Positions 28,440 through 39,135 of a stretch of DNA of 64,000 nt are shown here, one piece after another (position 1 is the first letter of the stretch; every line of letters begins with the position of its first letter). The notes under the pieces were generated by a model. It had not been told where the DNA came from, did not search any database, and saw nothing but the letters and a program-made list of their open reading frames with translations. The DNA is from Parcubacteria group bacterium (GTDB lineage: Bacteria; Patescibacteriota; Minisyncoccia; Phycocordibacterales; Phycocordibacteraceae): positions 191,720 through 255,719 of the forward strand of contig JAQBRE010000002.1 of the NCBI GenBank assembly GCA_028286605.1, given 5' to 3'. Both the position numbers and the translations under genes were made by a program.

Positions 28440-29743
28440 TTTATACCCCCTCATCACCGCGCGGCTTCACGCTCCTTATCGCCGTCATACTTTCAACCGT
28501 CGTCCTTACGGTGGGTCTTTCGCTGCTCGATGTCGCATACAAGCAGACCATTCTTTCTTCCACAGCGAAACAATCGCAGGCGGCGTTTTATAATGCGGAT
28601 TCCGCGCTTGAATGCGCGTTGTATTACGATCAGAAACTCGATGCCTTCGATTTCGCGACGCCTTTAGCTGCTTCATCGCTTACCTGCAGCAGTACGCCCG
28701 TAACGAATTATTCTACGGTTGTAAACCCTGCAATGACAATGCGTACGACCATCTTCACAACCCCGTGCCCAGGGAGCGGCATTTCTGCAACGACGACCAT
28801 ATATAAATATGCAGGCGGTGCAACGAGCTTGTATGCAGACGGCTTTAATACATGTACTGCGACTGATCCACGTCGTGTCGAGCGCGGTTTGAAGGCTACC
28901 TATGGTGACCCTTCGGCTCCGGTTATTCCTTCAGGCCCTTCGCTTACGTATTTGATAGTTGCAGGCGGCGGCGGCGGCGCTGCCTGGGCAGGTGGCGGTG
29001 GCGGTGGCGGTGGCGTTATAACCGGAAGCGCAGCAGCGACATCAGGAAGCTATTCGATAGTGGTTGGCAGTGGAGGCGCTTCGGGCTTTACTGGTAGCCC
29101 CACACCTTCTGATTATCAAGGAAAGAATGGAACTAATTCTTCGTTCAATGGAATGAGCGCGATAGGCGGTGGCGGTGGCGGCGCGTCTACGCCGGTTGCA
29201 GCGCCTGGCAGTGCCGGAGGTTCGGGCGGTGGCGCTGGATACCCTAGTTCAGGAACAAATGCCGGAGGCGCAGGTACGGCAGGTCAGGGAAATAGCGGTG
29301 CTTCTGAAGCATCTGTACCGGGAACTTGGGCAGGCGGCGGCGGCGGTGCGAGCGCTGCAGGTACTTCAGGAAGTGCCGCAGCAGCGGGTGCAGGTGGCGC
29401 AGGACTGAGCAGTGCTATAAGCGGTTCGTCAGTTGTGTACGGTTCAGGCGGCGGTGGTGGCGACTGGACCGCGACGGCATTTGGTCCGGGCGGATCTGGC
29501 GCAGGAAGCGGTGGCGGCATAGGAAATCCAGCTCTCGCCAATAGAGGCGGTGGCGGTGGCGGTGGCGGTTTCTTCCCCGGCCCCGGCGGAGAACCAGGAG
29601 GCGTGGGTGGATCTGGTGTCGTAATAATTAGTATTCCTACGTCTTCGGCTGCGGGTATTACTACGACGGGCGCCACGCTCACCACTTCTGGCGGCAACAA
29701 TATATATACATTCACCGGAAACGGCACGTTCGTTGTACCGTAA
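28430..29743 (+). CDS. Large minor pilin (PilX-like N-terminus) with a ~250-aa glycine-rich low-complexity C-terminal region
   Basis: Has PRGFTLLIAVILSTVVLTV at the N-terminus, a globular middle, and long Gly/Ala/Ser runs such as GGGGGAAWAGGGGGGGGV. Confidence 0.65.
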   Translation: MAMIYTPSSPRGFTLLIAVILSTVVLTVGLSLLDVAYKQTILSSTAKQSQAAFYNADSALECALYYDQKLDAFDFATPLAASSLTCSSTPVTNYSTVVNPAMTMRTTIFTTPCPGSGISATTTIYKYAGGATSLYADGFNTCTATDPRRVERGLKATYGDPSAPVIPSGPSLTYLIVAGGGGGAAWAGGGGGGGGVITGSAAATSGSYSIVVGSGGASGFTGSPTPSDYQGKNGTNSSFNGMSAIGGGGGGASTPVAAPGSAGGSGGGAGYPSSGTNAGGAGTAGQGNSGASEASVPGTWAGGGGGASAAGTSGSAAAAGAGGAGLSSAISGSSVVYGSGGGGGDWTATAFGPGGSGAGSGGGIGNPALANRGGGGGGGGFFPGPGGEPGGVGGSGVVIISIPTSSAAGITTTGATLTTSGGNNIYTFTGNGTFVVP

Positions 29744-29753
29744 TTTCCTGTAG

Positions 29754-31778
<2,025 letters not shown>

Positions 31779-31790
31779 TAGAGTACCCGC

Positions 31791-32093
31791 ATGACCGCGC
31801 ACGCAACGCCCGACGATGTTAAGAAACTGGCCGCCCTCGCGCGCCTTTCCGTTTCTGAAAAAGACCTGCCGAAGCTAGCTGCGGAATTCGACAGTATCCT
31901 TGCGTATATCGGTCAGCTCGATGAGCTCGCTCTTCCGAAAGCGGAGGGGCCACGCGTAACGGATGTCGTGAATTCATTCCGTGCCGATGGTGCGCCGCAC
32001 GAGAAAGGCGAGTTCACCAAAAAGATCGTCGATGCATTCCCGCAGAAGGAAGGGAACGCCCTTTCAGTGAAGCAGATCATCGTCAACGATTAA
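31791..32093 (+). CDS. gatC: Asp/Glu-tRNA amidotransferase subunit C
   Basis: A 100-aa GatC-like protein: DVKKLAALARLSVSEKDLPKLAAEFDSILAYIGQLDEL. Sits immediately upstream of gatA. Confidence 0.85.
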   Translation: MTAHATPDDVKKLAALARLSVSEKDLPKLAAEFDSILAYIGQLDELALPKAEGPRVTDVVNSFRADGAPHEKGEFTKKIVDAFPQKEGNALSVKQIIVND

Positions 32094-32094
32094 T

Positions 32095-33531
32095 ATGACC
32101 AATCTTAAAAATAGTCTCGCAGAACTCACGATAACTGAAGCCGCACGCATGCTCCGCACGAAGGAGTGTACCGTGCGTGAACTTTGGGATGCGTGTGCCG
32201 CAGCGGCGAGTGCACAGAACGAAAAGCTTAATGCATACCTCGAGCTATTCGTTGCAGACGATGCTGCTATCGACGCTGCACAGGCACGTATCGGTAGCGG
32301 CGATGCGCCGCTTCTTTGCGGCATTCCGCTCGCAATCAAAGACAATATTTTAATAGAAGGACATATCGCGAGCGCAGCGAGCAAGATGCTTGAGAACTAC
32401 AAGGCCACGTATGATGCGACGGTTATCACGAAGCTGCGCGCCGCAGGCGCGCTCTTCCTCGGCCGTACGAATATGGACGAGTTTGCCATGGGAAGCTCCA
32501 CTGAACATTCCGCATTCGGTCGCGTAAAGAATCCGTATGATCATGCGCGCGTGCCCGGCGGTTCTTCCGGCGGTTCGGCTGCGGCAGTCGCCGCTCACAT
32601 GGCCATCGCGTCGCTCGGCACTGATACGGGCGGTTCCATTCGTCAGCCTGCTGCACACACCGGCCTTGTCGGACTCAAGCCAACTTATGGTGCAGTCTCG
32701 CGCTCTGGGGCTATAGCGCTCGGTTCTTCCCTGGATCAGATCGGTCCGTTCGGAAAGAGCGTCGCTGACACCAAAGCACTCTTCGATACTATTAAAGGTG
32801 CGGATACGCTCGACGCTACCACCACGCCGCCAGACACCTATATCGTTCGTGATGCGAAGAAGTCGCTTCGTATTGGAATTCCGATGCGTCTCCTCGAAGA
32901 GGGAATCGATGCGGATGTACGCGCTGCCTTTGACGCGACCATAGAGAAACTCAAGAGCGAAGGCCATACGGTGGTGGATATTTCACTTCCAACCAGCAAG
33001 TATGCGCTCCCGGTGTACTACGTGATCATGCCGGCTGAAGCGTCGACGAATCTTTCCCGTTATGACGGTATCCGTTATGGTCTCGCTGAACGCAGCGCAA
33101 CGTTGCTTGATGACTACATCGATTCCCGTACGAAGGGATTCGGTGCAGAGACGCAGCGCCGCATTCTGCTCGGCACCTTCGTGCTTTCTTCGGGATACAT
33201 CGATGCCTATTACCGAAAAGCAGACGCCGCACGCGGCGTCCTTACGGCAGAATATGATACGGCGTTCGAATCCTGCGATGTCATCGCATTTCCAACGACG
33301 CCCTCGCCGGCCTTCAAGGCCGGCGAGAAGTCCGATCCTGTCTCCATGTATCTTGAAGATGTCTTCACCGTAACGGCGAATCTCACCGGCATGCCTGCAC
33401 TTTCCGTCCCTATGGGTACGGTCGTACGCGAAGAGTCCACCCTTCCGATAGGCATCCATTTCACCGCTCCGAAAGGCAATGAAGAGATACTGTTTAAAAT
33501 CGGTGCGTCTGTGACCGGCGAGCAGCTATAA
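32095..33531 (+). CDS. gatA: Asp/Glu-tRNA amidotransferase subunit A (amidase family)
   Basis: Has the amidase signature GGSSGGSAAAVAA with Ser-cisSer-Lys triad context. Confidence 0.95.
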   Translation: MTNLKNSLAELTITEAARMLRTKECTVRELWDACAAAASAQNEKLNAYLELFVADDAAIDAAQARIGSGDAPLLCGIPLAIKDNILIEGHIASAASKMLENYKATYDATVITKLRAAGALFLGRTNMDEFAMGSSTEHSAFGRVKNPYDHARVPGGSSGGSAAAVAAHMAIASLGTDTGGSIRQPAAHTGLVGLKPTYGAVSRSGAIALGSSLDQIGPFGKSVADTKALFDTIKGADTLDATTTPPDTYIVRDAKKSLRIGIPMRLLEEGIDADVRAAFDATIEKLKSEGHTVVDISLPTSKYALPVYYVIMPAEASTNLSRYDGIRYGLAERSATLLDDYIDSRTKGFGAETQRRILLGTFVLSSGYIDAYYRKADAARGVLTAEYDTAFESCDVIAFPTTPSPAFKAGEKSDPVSMYLEDVFTVTANLTGMPALSVPMGTVVREESTLPIGIHFTAPKGNEEILFKIGASVTGEQL

Positions 33532-33538
33532 TAAGCTG

Positions 33539-34162
33539 ATGGGAACCACTACGGTTACAACGACCGGTCCGGCCGTACATTTCATTAATGTCGAGTATTT
33601 TTTCCGACTCCTGTACGACCTCATCTTCGGCCTGCACATTGGTTCGGTGAACGTCGGCATCGGCAACACATCTGGTCTCGTTACGCTTGCCGGACAGATC
33701 TGGCTTTTCATAAGCGTCATCGCGTGGATCGTCGCGCTCGGTGCATGCTGGGCGCTCGTCTATTACACGACACGGTACTGGCAGTTGCTTGAACAGGAGA
33801 ATGAACGATACACGACTATCTCTGAACCGGAGGCACATGTACAGGTGGAACATTCACGCTGGGCGTACATAAAACAGCTTATCGAGAGTCCGCAGGAAAG
33901 CGATTGGCGCCAGGCGATCATCGAAGCAGATATCATGCTGGACGAAGTGCTTACGCGTTCGGGATATCAGGGCAATACGATTGGCGATAAGCTGAAGACC
34001 GCGAATCCAGATCGCTTCACGACCATTCGCAATGCATGGGACGCGCATACTGTGCGCAATGAAATTGCGCACTCGGGCTCTGCATATCAGCTCACGAACC
34101 ACGCTGCATTCCGCACGATTCAGAATTACGAAGCGGTGTTCCGCCAGTTCAACGAGATTTGA
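33539..34162 (+). CDS. Membrane-anchored protein with a C-terminal HEPN-like domain (tentative)
   Basis: Has two N-terminal TM helices. The C-terminal ~100 aa are helical and contain RNEIAH, which is Rx4H, the HEPN catalytic motif pattern. Confidence 0.5.
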   Translation: MGTTTVTTTGPAVHFINVEYFFRLLYDLIFGLHIGSVNVGIGNTSGLVTLAGQIWLFISVIAWIVALGACWALVYYTTRYWQLLEQENERYTTISEPEAHVQVEHSRWAYIKQLIESPQESDWRQAIIEADIMLDEVLTRSGYQGNTIGDKLKTANPDRFTTIRNAWDAHTVRNEIAHSGSAYQLTNHAAFRTIQNYEAVFRQFNEI

Positions 34163-34827
34163 TTCGGTATTTCAGCAATACTTGCGAGTATTCTTCTTCG
34201 AAGCGAGGTGCTGTTTCGTACTTTTATGCGAATCGTGCCGATATAGGTTTTTGAATCACGATCTACGTTTCCATACCCGCTTATATATGTTGGTTTTGAA
34301 AATTGTTCTCTGGGAATATTTGTCTCTTTAGACCAGAAAGAAGTAATTCTCTCGGTTTCGTCATTGTATAAATTATTAATTGTTATTCGAGCATGAATAT
34401 CTTTTAGTGGAATTTGATAACACATATCGAGCCATTGAATTGCGGTATTTATAATCTTTGGGTCTGAATTCGTAAATCCAAACTCCTGACTTCCTCTTTT
34501 GTATCCTTCACCCCAATACAAACCAATTCCAAGCATAAAAAGATCACGGATTTGTAACATGTCTATATCTTCTTTCCCTTGCTTTGTCTGAGCCAAGATG
34601 TCATGAATTTTTCGAGTCTTGTTTTTCTCAATCCACGGAGCAAGTGCTGCTAGTGACGCAGTGCGATGTCGTTCAGACAAGTACTCCTTCTGCTTAGTCG
34701 TTAGAGAAACGTTTTTACACCATCTACTTACAGTGCTGCTGCTTACTCTTAGGTTGTCGGCAATTTCCTTAATACTCATTCCGCTCGCGCGGAGTTCCAA
34801 AGCCCTCCCATGAAGTTCATTTTTCAT
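34126..34827 (-). CDS. HTH-LAGLIDADG homing endonuclease (single-motif) with N-terminal helix-turn-helix
   Basis: Has the HTH MSIKEIADNLRVSSSTVSRW and the LAGLIDADG-type motif LFMLGIGLYWGEGYK. Divergent from the intron-containing tRNA(CAU). Confidence 0.65.
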   Translation of the reverse strand: MKNELHGRALELRASGMSIKEIADNLRVSSSTVSRWCKNVSLTTKQKEYLSERHRTASLAALAPWIEKNKTRKIHDILAQTKQGKEDIDMLQIRDLFMLGIGLYWGEGYKRGSQEFGFTNSDPKIINTAIQWLDMCYQIPLKDIHARITINNLYNDETERITSFWSKETNIPREQFSKPTYISGYGNVDRDSKTYIGTIRIKVRNSTSLRRRILASIAEIPNQISLNWRNTAS

Positions 34828-34884
34828 ACTTTAATGCTAAGCATATATCGGTAAATATTCTCTATATTTTGAGTGAATATAGCA

Positions 34885-34913
34885 TTGCGTTCTTCATATT
34901 TTCCCTATATAAT
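34885..34913 (+). promoter_or_regulatory. Putative sigma70-like promoter for the tRNA(CAU) precursor
   Basis: TTGCGT, a 17-nt spacer, then TATAAT within TATATAAT, ending 8 nt before the tRNA 5' end. Confidence 0.4.
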
Positions 34914-34921
34914 CGCCGGAT

Positions 34922-35210
34922 AGCGGGGTAGAGGAGAGGTACCTCGGGAGGATTGAATTATAAGGGCGTCCGCAGGAGCAATCATGTGGAAGATCAACTG
35001 CCAAATTCGGTGAAACCCTCACGTCCGAAAGGACGAAAGGCAATGCCGAGCCAAGCCTGTCGAAAGACAGGAAGGTGTAGAGACTAGACGGTAGACACCC
35101 CTCGTGGGTGAAGGCATAGTCCAGACCACAAATTCGTCTTCGGACGAAGCAACGAAAGTTGTAGCGGCAAGCATAACCTCCAGACGCCGGTTCGATTCCG
35201 GCCCCCGCAA
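34922..35210 (+). tRNA. tRNA(CAU) (Met/Ile2-type) interrupted by a group I intron; exons 34922-34953 and 35172-35210
   Basis: Exon 1 reads AGCGGGG-U8-A-GAGG-AGAGGUA-CCUC-G-GGAGG-AU. Exon 2 reads CAUAA-CCUCC-AGAC-GCCGG-UUCGAUU-CCGGC-CCCCGC-A. The spliced anticodon loop is AUCAUAA, with U8, A14, G18G19 and the T-loop conserved. Confidence 0.8.
34954..35171 (+). ncRNA. Group I self-splicing intron (IC3-like) in the tRNA anticodon loop, about 218 nt, no internal ORF
   Basis: The 5' splice site follows U33 and the 3' splice site follows a G. Core segments CCAAAUUCGGUGAAACC, GGCAAUGCCGAGCCAAGC and GAAGGUGUAGAGACUAGACGG match the Azoarcus tRNA-Ile(CAU) intron P4-P7 core as recalled from memory. Confidence 0.8.
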
Positions 35211-35287
35211 CACGATTGTGACATCAGGAACCAATACCGGCCCCTGTCAAAGTTGGTATTGTACCGGTTCGGGTGTTCAACAGAAAA

Positions 35288-35318
35288 AGTCTGCAAATAT
35301 CATGCAGGCTTTTTCTGT
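35288..35318 (+). terminator. Rho-independent terminator downstream of tRNA(CAU)
   Basis: Hairpin AGTCTGCA-aatatca-TGCAGGCT followed by TTTTTCTGTG. Confidence 0.6.
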
Positions 35319-35392
35319 GTGTATGCTGGGTGGCGCCCATCTACAGCTCAGGATAGTATGTATCTATTCAAATTACTTAAGAACAATATCGT

Positions 35393-35986
35393 ATGAAGAC
35401 ATCTAACACTCTTTGGATTGCAGTAGCATTAGTAGTCATTATCGTAGGAGGGTACTGGTACTGGAGCACGACTCAGTCTTCAAGCACATCACCCGCGGCA
35501 GTTTCCACCGGTACGCAAACGGCTCCGATAGCGTCAACAGTAAATGTAGGTTCGAACGCGCAGCTCCCTAGCTACCTAACTGCAGCAAACGGAATGGCAC
35601 TGTATACCTATAATGCTGATACGTCAGGGGTAAGCAACTGCACTGGTTCATGTGCTGGATTCTGGCCTCCGTATACAGTTTCGAGCACAGCCAATATCTC
35701 TGCGGGATCAGACATCTCAGGAACCATCGGAACGATAAAGCGTGCAGATGGAAGCATGCAGGTTACCTATAACGGCATGCCTCTCTATTTCTTCGTTCAG
35801 GACAAGAATTCTGGACAGGTAACAGGGAACGGAGTACAAAACTTCTCAATCGCTACGCCAACCACGGTGTCGGCACAAAAAGCGGCTGCTGCACCAAAGA
35901 CCGTGGCACCCGCTGCGCCTGTAGTAGCTCCGGTTAAAACAACGCCTGCGCCTACGACACCTGCCCCGTACAACTACAATTATTAA
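35393..35986 (+). CDS. Secreted protein of the 'secreted repeat of unknown function' family (COG4315-like)
   Basis: Has a signal/TM and a twice-repeated motif GMALYTYNAD...CTGSCAGFWPP / GMPLYFFVQD. The tail is Pro/Ala/Thr-rich. Confidence 0.7.
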   Translation: MKTSNTLWIAVALVVIIVGGYWYWSTTQSSSTSPAAVSTGTQTAPIASTVNVGSNAQLPSYLTAANGMALYTYNADTSGVSNCTGSCAGFWPPYTVSSTANISAGSDISGTIGTIKRADGSMQVTYNGMPLYFFVQDKNSGQVTGNGVQNFSIATPTTVSAQKAAAAPKTVAPAAPVVAPVKTTPAPTTPAPYNYNY

Positions 35987-36026
35987 TCGCATCTGAGCTG
36001 GGAACTCCGGTTTCTATACTCAAAAG

Positions 36027-36060
36027 AAAAAGCTCGCACGGTACGCGCGAGCTTTTTCTT
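36027..36060. terminator. Bidirectional rho-independent terminator
   Basis: An A-run, the hairpin GCTCGCAC-ggtac-GCGCGAGC, then TTTTTCTTTC. Sits between convergent genes. Confidence 0.6.
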
Positions 36061-36072
36061 TCATCGTACTTC

Positions 36073-36624
36073 TTACTTCGCGATACCTTTCACGTAGGCA
36101 AGCATCGTCTCTGCATCTGATACTTCGAATGGGTCTTCAGGATAATCGTCGGAAAGTCCTGGTTCAATGAAGAGCTTCTGTATGACGCCGTCTTTGACGA
36201 GCATCGAGTAGCGCCAGCTACGGTTACCGAATCCGAGATTCTCTTTCTTTACGAGCATTCCCATCTTCTCAGTGAATTCGCCGTTTCCATCGGGAAGCAC
36301 TTGTACGTGCTTCAGTCCGAGCTTGTCTGCCCATTGCTTCATCACGAATGCGTCGTTGACCGAAAGGCAGTAGATCGCATCTATGCCCGCTGCTTTGAAC
36401 TCGTCATACTTCGCTTCGTAGCCGGGGGCATGGGTTGTAGAGCAGGTAGGAGTAAATGCACCCGGAAGGCCGAATACGACTACATTCTTTCCGTCAAAAA
36501 TCTCTGCAGATGAAACATCTTGCCAGCGATAGGGGTTTTCACCGCCGACAGATTCATCGCGCACACGGGTCTTGAATATAGCCTCAGGGATATGTTCTTT
36601 TTCTTTTAGTGGTTGAGGGCTCAT
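36073..36624 (-). CDS. Peroxiredoxin, Prx5 subfamily, copy 1
   Basis: Has VVFGLPGAFTPTCS (peroxidatic Cys context) and an AhpC/TSA fold. Confidence 0.9.
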   Translation of the reverse strand: MSPQPLKEKEHIPEAIFKTRVRDESVGGENPYRWQDVSSAEIFDGKNVVVFGLPGAFTPTCSTTHAPGYEAKYDEFKAAGIDAIYCLSVNDAFVMKQWADKLGLKHVQVLPDGNGEFTEKMGMLVKKENLGFGNRSWRYSMLVKDGVIQKLFIEPGLSDDYPEDPFEVSDAETMLAYVKGIAK

Positions 36625-36686
36625 CGTGGTTTTGTTACTAGAAAATTAATCTTAAATATAGCACGAATCAGTGGTAGTATGAATGA

Positions 36687-37097
36687 ATGAAACGGTTTCG
36701 GCACATAGTAGCCTTTTCGTTAGGCCTATTCCTGCTTGTCGGGGTCTCTGTCTGCGCAAGCATGATGCTTATGTCGCAGCCGCACGCAAGCCTGAATGCG
36801 CCTGTGTCGTATCACCAGCTTTGCGCACCCCTCGGAAATTTTCCCTGTTTGCCTCTGGGTCATCTTGTGGTCTGGCAGGTGATATTTAGCGGCATTCCAA
36901 GGCTGATTACGTTCCTGGCGCTTCTCATCTCCATAGGCATCTCGTGCGCTTTTTCAATTTTCTTTACGCGGAGACGTGTGATGCGAGATGTGCGAGCACA
37001 CACCGCGCAAGCTGCTCGTTCCAGACTCCTACCGAGTACGCCCCTGCAGGAAGCTTTTTCGAACGGCATCCTTCACTCGAAGCGGTTTTCATACTAG
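36687..37097 (+). CDS. Hypothetical membrane protein (uncertain ORF)
   Basis: Has hydrophobic segments and no recognisable motif. It may not be a real gene. Confidence 0.3.
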   Translation: MKRFRHIVAFSLGLFLLVGVSVCASMMLMSQPHASLNAPVSYHQLCAPLGNFPCLPLGHLVVWQVIFSGIPRLITFLALLISIGISCAFSIFFTRRRVMRDVRAHTAQAARSRLLPSTPLQEAFSNGILHSKRFSY

Positions 37098-37156
37098 ATC
37101 ATCGGTCTAACTGATGTGGTAGCGCCGCTGCGCTTATTCCATCGGTATTATTCACT

Positions 37157-37885
37157 ATGACTATTCGTATGAAATTAGAATTCAAATTAAACACACTCAT
37201 CTTACCCGTTGCAGTGCTTGTCGCAGCTATCCTCATCTCAGGTTCTCTGTTGTGGAGCAGTAATCGCGCATCGGCGGCGGCGATTGCGGCGAACACGCCG
37301 CCTGGAGCGCAAGCGCCATCGATACCAGTCGATTCAAACAAGGTAGTCACGGACAATGAACCGTATGTCGGAGACCAAAACGCCCCTATTACTATCGCGT
37401 ACTGGTTCGATTACCAGTGCCCATTCTGCCACCAGGACGAAGAGACCGTGATACCGACACTCATTCAACAGTATGTAGATACTGGGAAAGTGAAAATCGT
37501 ATTCAAGGATTTCCAGTTTCTTGGCGCTGATTCGACGACACTCGGAGAAGTAGCACGTGCTGTATGGGAAGTATCGCCTAACCAGTTCTATGCATGGCAC
37601 AAGGCAATGTTCGATGCGCAGGGGACTGAGAACACCGGATGGGCAACTCCAGAGAAGATCAAATCAGTGACGACAAACATTCTGGGAGCTGCTACGGCAG
37701 ATAAGGTGCTCGCGCTCTCCGTAAGCAAGGCGGCTACCTACCAGCAAGAGATGCAGGCAGACCAGACTGAAGCAGAGAACTTCGGCGTAAATGGAACCCC
37801 GTCTATGATTATTGGCAAGCAGATTATTGTCGGTGCACAGCCTATCGCGCAGTTTGAGGCAGCGATTGCGGCAGCAAGCAAATAA
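37157..37885 (+). CDS. DsbA-family thiol:disulfide oxidoreductase 1
   Basis: Has an N-terminal TM anchor and a thioredoxin-fold active site CPFC within YWFDYQCPFCHQ. Confidence 0.85.
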   Translation: MTIRMKLEFKLNTLILPVAVLVAAILISGSLLWSSNRASAAAIAANTPPGAQAPSIPVDSNKVVTDNEPYVGDQNAPITIAYWFDYQCPFCHQDEETVIPTLIQQYVDTGKVKIVFKDFQFLGADSTTLGEVARAVWEVSPNQFYAWHKAMFDAQGTENTGWATPEKIKSVTTNILGAATADKVLALSVSKAATYQQEMQADQTEAENFGVNGTPSMIIGKQIIVGAQPIAQFEAAIAAASK

Positions 37886-37892
37886 GAGAGAT

Positions 37893-38660
37893 ATGGATCA
37901 GAAACGCATGCTGCTCTGGGTGTTCTTTCTCGTCGCCATATCTGGTATCGTGGTCGCTGTCTTAGCTGTCTCAGGAAAGGGGGGTACGCCTGCACCAACG
38001 CAGGCCGTACAACTAACTGCGCCGGTTACTGCGGCGGATCATACCATTGGTTCTAGCAGTGCTCCGGTCACTGTCGTCGAGTACGCTGACTTCCAGTGCC
38101 CTGCATGTCAGGAGTACTCGCCGATTATTACGCAGCTGGTCAAAGACGAAGGACCGAAGGTGTATTTCGCCTATAGGTATTTCCCTTTGACGCAGCACAT
38201 GAACGCGCTTCCTTCTGCCAAAGCAGCAGAAGCAGCAGGGCTACAGGGAAAGTTCTGGGAGATGCATGACCTTCTCTTCGCTAACAATGCGGACTGGGAG
38301 AACCTACAGGACCCAACCCTGGTCTTCGTGGGATATGCGAAAACGCTTGGGCTTGATACGACGCAGTTCGCACAGGATATGAAATCGGCCAAGGTGGCTG
38401 GAGTAGTGAATACTGATCTTGCTTTTGCGGATGCCAACCAGCTTACGTATACTCCGAGCATCTTCGTGAATGGCGTGCTCATCAATAATCCGTCTAGCTA
38501 TGCGGACTTCAAGAAGCTCATCGATGACGCAGCAGGGACTCCCGTTCCGCAGACTGCGTCAGCGCCAAGCTCTGCAGGATCCGCGACGATCGCAGCGACC
38601 TCTACTGCCGCCGCACCCGCTGCATCCGCGCCGGCGGCACCGAAACCGTATGCTTGGTAA
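37893..38660 (+). CDS. DsbA-family thiol:disulfide oxidoreductase 2 (ORF opens at 37812; likely start MDQKRM)
   Basis: Has a TM anchor and active site CPAC within EYADFQCPACQEY. Confidence 0.85.
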   Translation: MDQKRMLLWVFFLVAISGIVVAVLAVSGKGGTPAPTQAVQLTAPVTAADHTIGSSSAPVTVVEYADFQCPACQEYSPIITQLVKDEGPKVYFAYRYFPLTQHMNALPSAKAAEAAGLQGKFWEMHDLLFANNADWENLQDPTLVFVGYAKTLGLDTTQFAQDMKSAKVAGVVNTDLAFADANQLTYTPSIFVNGVLINNPSSYADFKKLIDDAAGTPVPQTASAPSSAGSATIAATSTAAAPAASAPAAPKPYAW

Positions 38661-39135
38661 GTTGCTTAACGGAATCCTCCAGAAACTGTCGATAAGCCCG
38701 ATACTGCTTTGGTTGTTCAGCTTGCTCGCGACGCTCGGCTTCATCGATTCGGTCTATCTGACGATCGATCACTATACGCATGGCATCGTGCCGTGTTATG
38801 TAGGAAGTTGCGAAACAGTGCTCACGAGCTCATATGCGAATGGTCTCTTCGGTATCCCGATACCGGTTGCCGTGCTGGGTGTCATATTCTATTTTTCAGT
38901 CCTAGTACTCCTCATGGTGTATTTCGATTCAAAGAATAAAATCGCGCTCTTGCTCGCATTGCTTGCGACATCAATAGGGGTTCTTGCCTCCGGATATTTC
39001 ATCTATCTCCAGGCAGATGTCATTGGTGCATGGTGTCAGTATTGTCTCTTCTCGGCGTTCACGTCGACGACGATGTTTGTAATCGCATTACTGGTAACAA
39101 CTAAAATATGGATGAATTCTTCTTCCACCTCGTAA
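38650..39135 (+). CDS. Vitamin K epoxide reductase (VKOR) homolog (ORF opens at 38470; likely start MLGKLL at 38650)
   Basis: Has TM helices, a Cys pair in the loop (CYVGSC) and the active-site CQYC. Its start overlaps the stop of the upstream DsbA gene. Confidence 0.85.
   Translation: MLGKLLNGILQKLSISPILLWLFSLLATLGFIDSVYLTIDHYTHGIVPCYVGSCETVLTSSYANGLFGIPIPVAVLGVIFYFSVLVLLMVYFDSKNKIALLLALLATSIGVLASGYFIYLQADVIGAWCQYCLFSAFTSTTMFVIALLVTTKIWMNSSSTS

Noticed and set aside
32350-33479. Several minus-strand ORFs (89-205 aa) inside gatA.
   Set aside because: They are nested antisense frames within a gene carrying the unambiguous amidase signature.
34830-34920. Possibility that the HTH-LAGLIDADG gene is encoded inside the group I intron.
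   Set aside because: The intron boundaries (34954-35171) defined by the tRNA exon ends exclude it. The ORF ends at 34827, upstream of the tRNA promoter and on the opposite strand.
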